Source of the DNA: Fidelibacterota bacterium
Lineage (GTDB): Bacteria > Fidelibacterota > Marinisomatia > SCGC-AAA003-L08 > JACNLC01
Assembly (NCBI GenBank): GCA_014381725.1
Contig: JACNLC010000061.1
Location: forward strand, 2 to 64,001
Direction of reading: 5' to 3'
Length of the DNA: 64,000 bases
The notes under the pieces were generated by a model that was not told the origin of the DNA, did no database searches, and worked only from the letters and a program-made list of their open reading frames with translations. The stretch's first letter is position 1. Each line of letters starts with the position of its first letter. The translations under genes and the position numbers were made by a program. Of this stretch, positions 62,647 to 64,000 are shown in pieces.

Positions 62647-63393
62647 TTGACTGATATTCAAAAAGAATTATCGTTTTGGGAACATCTTGAAGAATTAAGA
62701 TGGTCTATTATCAAAATTCTTCTCGCTGTACTTTTAGGTGGTATAATTTCATATATATTTTCAGATGAAATCCTCGGTTTCTTAACGCAACCATCAAAAG
62801 ATCTTAGTATCGATCTTAATCTTCAAGTTTTGAAAGTAACTAGTATGTTTATGGTAAAAGTTGGTATAGCTGTTATGGGTGGTATTTCACTTGGAATCCC
62901 AATCATTATTTATCAAACTTGGAAATTTATTTCACCAGCTTTTGAACAAGACTATAGTTGGAGTATTATTTTAATAGTATTCTTTGCTACATTACTATTC
63001 TTTGTTGGTTTAGCTTTTGGTTATTACATTATTATCCCGTTTAGTTTAGGATTTTTCACTTCTTTAACATCAGCTACAGTTTCAGTAAATTACAATTTTA
63101 CTCTAGATGGATACCTTAGTTATATAATGTGGTTGATGTTTGCTTGTGGACTTGTATTTCAGTTACCGATGCTGACCATATTCTTCACAAGAATAGGTTT
63201 TTTAACTCCAAAAGCTCTGCGAAGTTACCGGAAGTATGCGTTTGTATTTTTCTTAATCTTAGCAGCTATTCTTACACCTCCTGATCCTTTAAGTCAGATT
63301 TTAATTGTAATACCATTATTTTTGCTATATGAAGTGAGTATCATTATTTCAAAATTTTTCGTCAAAAAAATGAATCGTCCTAAGCAGAGTTAA
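62647..63393 (+). CDS. tatC: Twin-arginine translocase subunit TatC
   Basis: SFWEHLEELRWSIIK and six TM helices, with PPDPLSQ near the C-terminus. TTG start. Confidence 0.9.
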   Translation: MTDIQKELSFWEHLEELRWSIIKILLAVLLGGIISYIFSDEILGFLTQPSKDLSIDLNLQVLKVTSMFMVKVGIAVMGGISLGIPIIIYQTWKFISPAFEQDYSWSIILIVFFATLLFFVGLAFGYYIIIPFSLGFFTSLTSATVSVNYNFTLDGYLSYIMWLMFACGLVFQLPMLTIFFTRIGFLTPKALRSYRKYAFVFFLILAAILTPPDPLSQILIVIPLFLLYEVSIIISKFFVKKMNRPKQS

Positions 63394-63520
63394 ATATTGT
63401 TAGTTTTAGAAATAAAAGTCATATAATTTAAGATATACAGTTTGGAGTAAAATCCGAAGTAAATCCATTAGAATCATAGGTGGATAGAAAACAAATAGAA
63501 AATTAATTTAGGAGGAAATT

Positions 63521-63724
63521 ATGGGTGGATTAGGACCTTGGGAAATTATCATAATATTAGTGGTTATTTTGTTAATATTTGGAGGTAAGAAACTTCCTGA
63601 ACTTGCAAAAGGTCTTGGACAAGGACTAAGAGAATTCAAAAAAGCTACAAAAGAAATTAAAACTCAAGTAGATGATTCAGTAAATGAAATTGATGATGTA
63701 AAAAAAGAAATTAAAAAGGACTAA
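63521..63724 (+). CDS. tatA: Twin-arginine translocase subunit TatA/E
   Basis: [42 protein letters not shown]. Confidence 0.92.
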   Translation: MGGLGPWEIIIILVVILLIFGGKKLPELAKGLGQGLREFKKATKEIKTQVDDSVNEIDDVKKEIKKD

Positions 63725-63768
63725 CTCTAATTTTGAATATTTTTAGTAGTTAACAATTATTTACTGCG

Positions 63769-64000
63769 ATTATTAATACCTCAAATTCAGTTATCGTAAT
63801 TGGTGCAGGTGCATCAGGACTTGTTGCGGCTGGCAACGCATCTTCATTAGGTGCAAAAGTAATATTACTAGAAAAAATGAAACGCCCTGGAAGGAAATTA
63901 CTAATTTCTGGAAAAGGGCGTTGTAACATTACCAACATAGCACAAGTTAATGAATTCATACCTCATTTTGGCAAAAAAGGAAAATTTCTTTACCAAGCAT
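63769..64000 (+). CDS. HI0933/BaiN-like FAD-dependent oxidoreductase (5' partial, runs off the window)
   Basis: VIVIGAGASGLVAAG...KVILLEKMKRPGRKLLISGKGRCNITN. No canonical start lies between the in-frame stop at 63751 and the GxGxxG motif. ATT 63769/63772 are the only near-cognate candidates. Confidence 0.7.
   Translation, partial: MINTSNSVIVIGAGASGLVAAGNASSLGAKVILLEKMKRPGRKLLISGKGRCNITNIAQVNEFIPHFGKKGKFLYQA

Noticed and set aside
63750-63959. 69-aa minus-strand ORF near the window end.
   Set aside because: It is antisense to a clear FAD-binding (GxGxxG, SGKGRCN) HI0933-like gene on the plus strand.

Overview
AT-rich bacterial chromosomal window. The gene content and a T9SS-type C-terminal sorting domain suggest an FCB-superphylum, possibly Marinimicrobia-like, organism, but this taxonomy is inference only. 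From left to right the window contains: (1) a TetR-controlled Bacillus-style beta-oxidation cluster (fadE-fadA-fadN), a membrane protein with a divergent cyclase-like domain, a hydrolase and an acyl-CoA synthetase; (2) housekeeping genes purM, gpsA, tRNA-Arg(CCT), then nusA-infB-rbfA-truB-ribF-rpsO-pnp; (3) on the minus strand, a cobalamin riboswitch driving a TonB-dependent receptor and a T9SS-anchored beta-propeller, followed by a GMP reductase-like gene, MscS, and a haem-c (DUF3365-type) sensor kinase with a sigma-54 activator; (4) the most interesting locus, a divergent sigma-54-type promoter driving ten co-oriented genes: porin, tetrahaem cytochrome c, NapA, NapF-like, NapD, NapG-like (no Tat signal), NapH, Rieske, cytochrome b, and an HAO-family octahaem cytochrome. 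A candidate Moco riboswitch and a Moco island follow it (moaA, a MOT1-family molybdate transporter, moaC-mog fusion, moeA, MOSC, mobA); (5) a TetR / LolA-like / beta-barrel / MMPL-RND module; (6) an accessory patch bounded by two copies of a ~300-375 bp MITE-like element, holding a decayed integron (intI C-terminal remnant, attI-like region, two cassettes with attC sites) and a Fur-box-controlled fur-feoA-feoB-small Cys-rich ORF operon; (7) a yhaM-like gene, membrane and hypothetical proteins, yhbY, DUF134, ArsR, tatC, tatA, and a partial flavoprotein gene at the window end. No CRISPR array or rRNA was seen. All calls rest on by-eye motif recognition, since no searches could be run.
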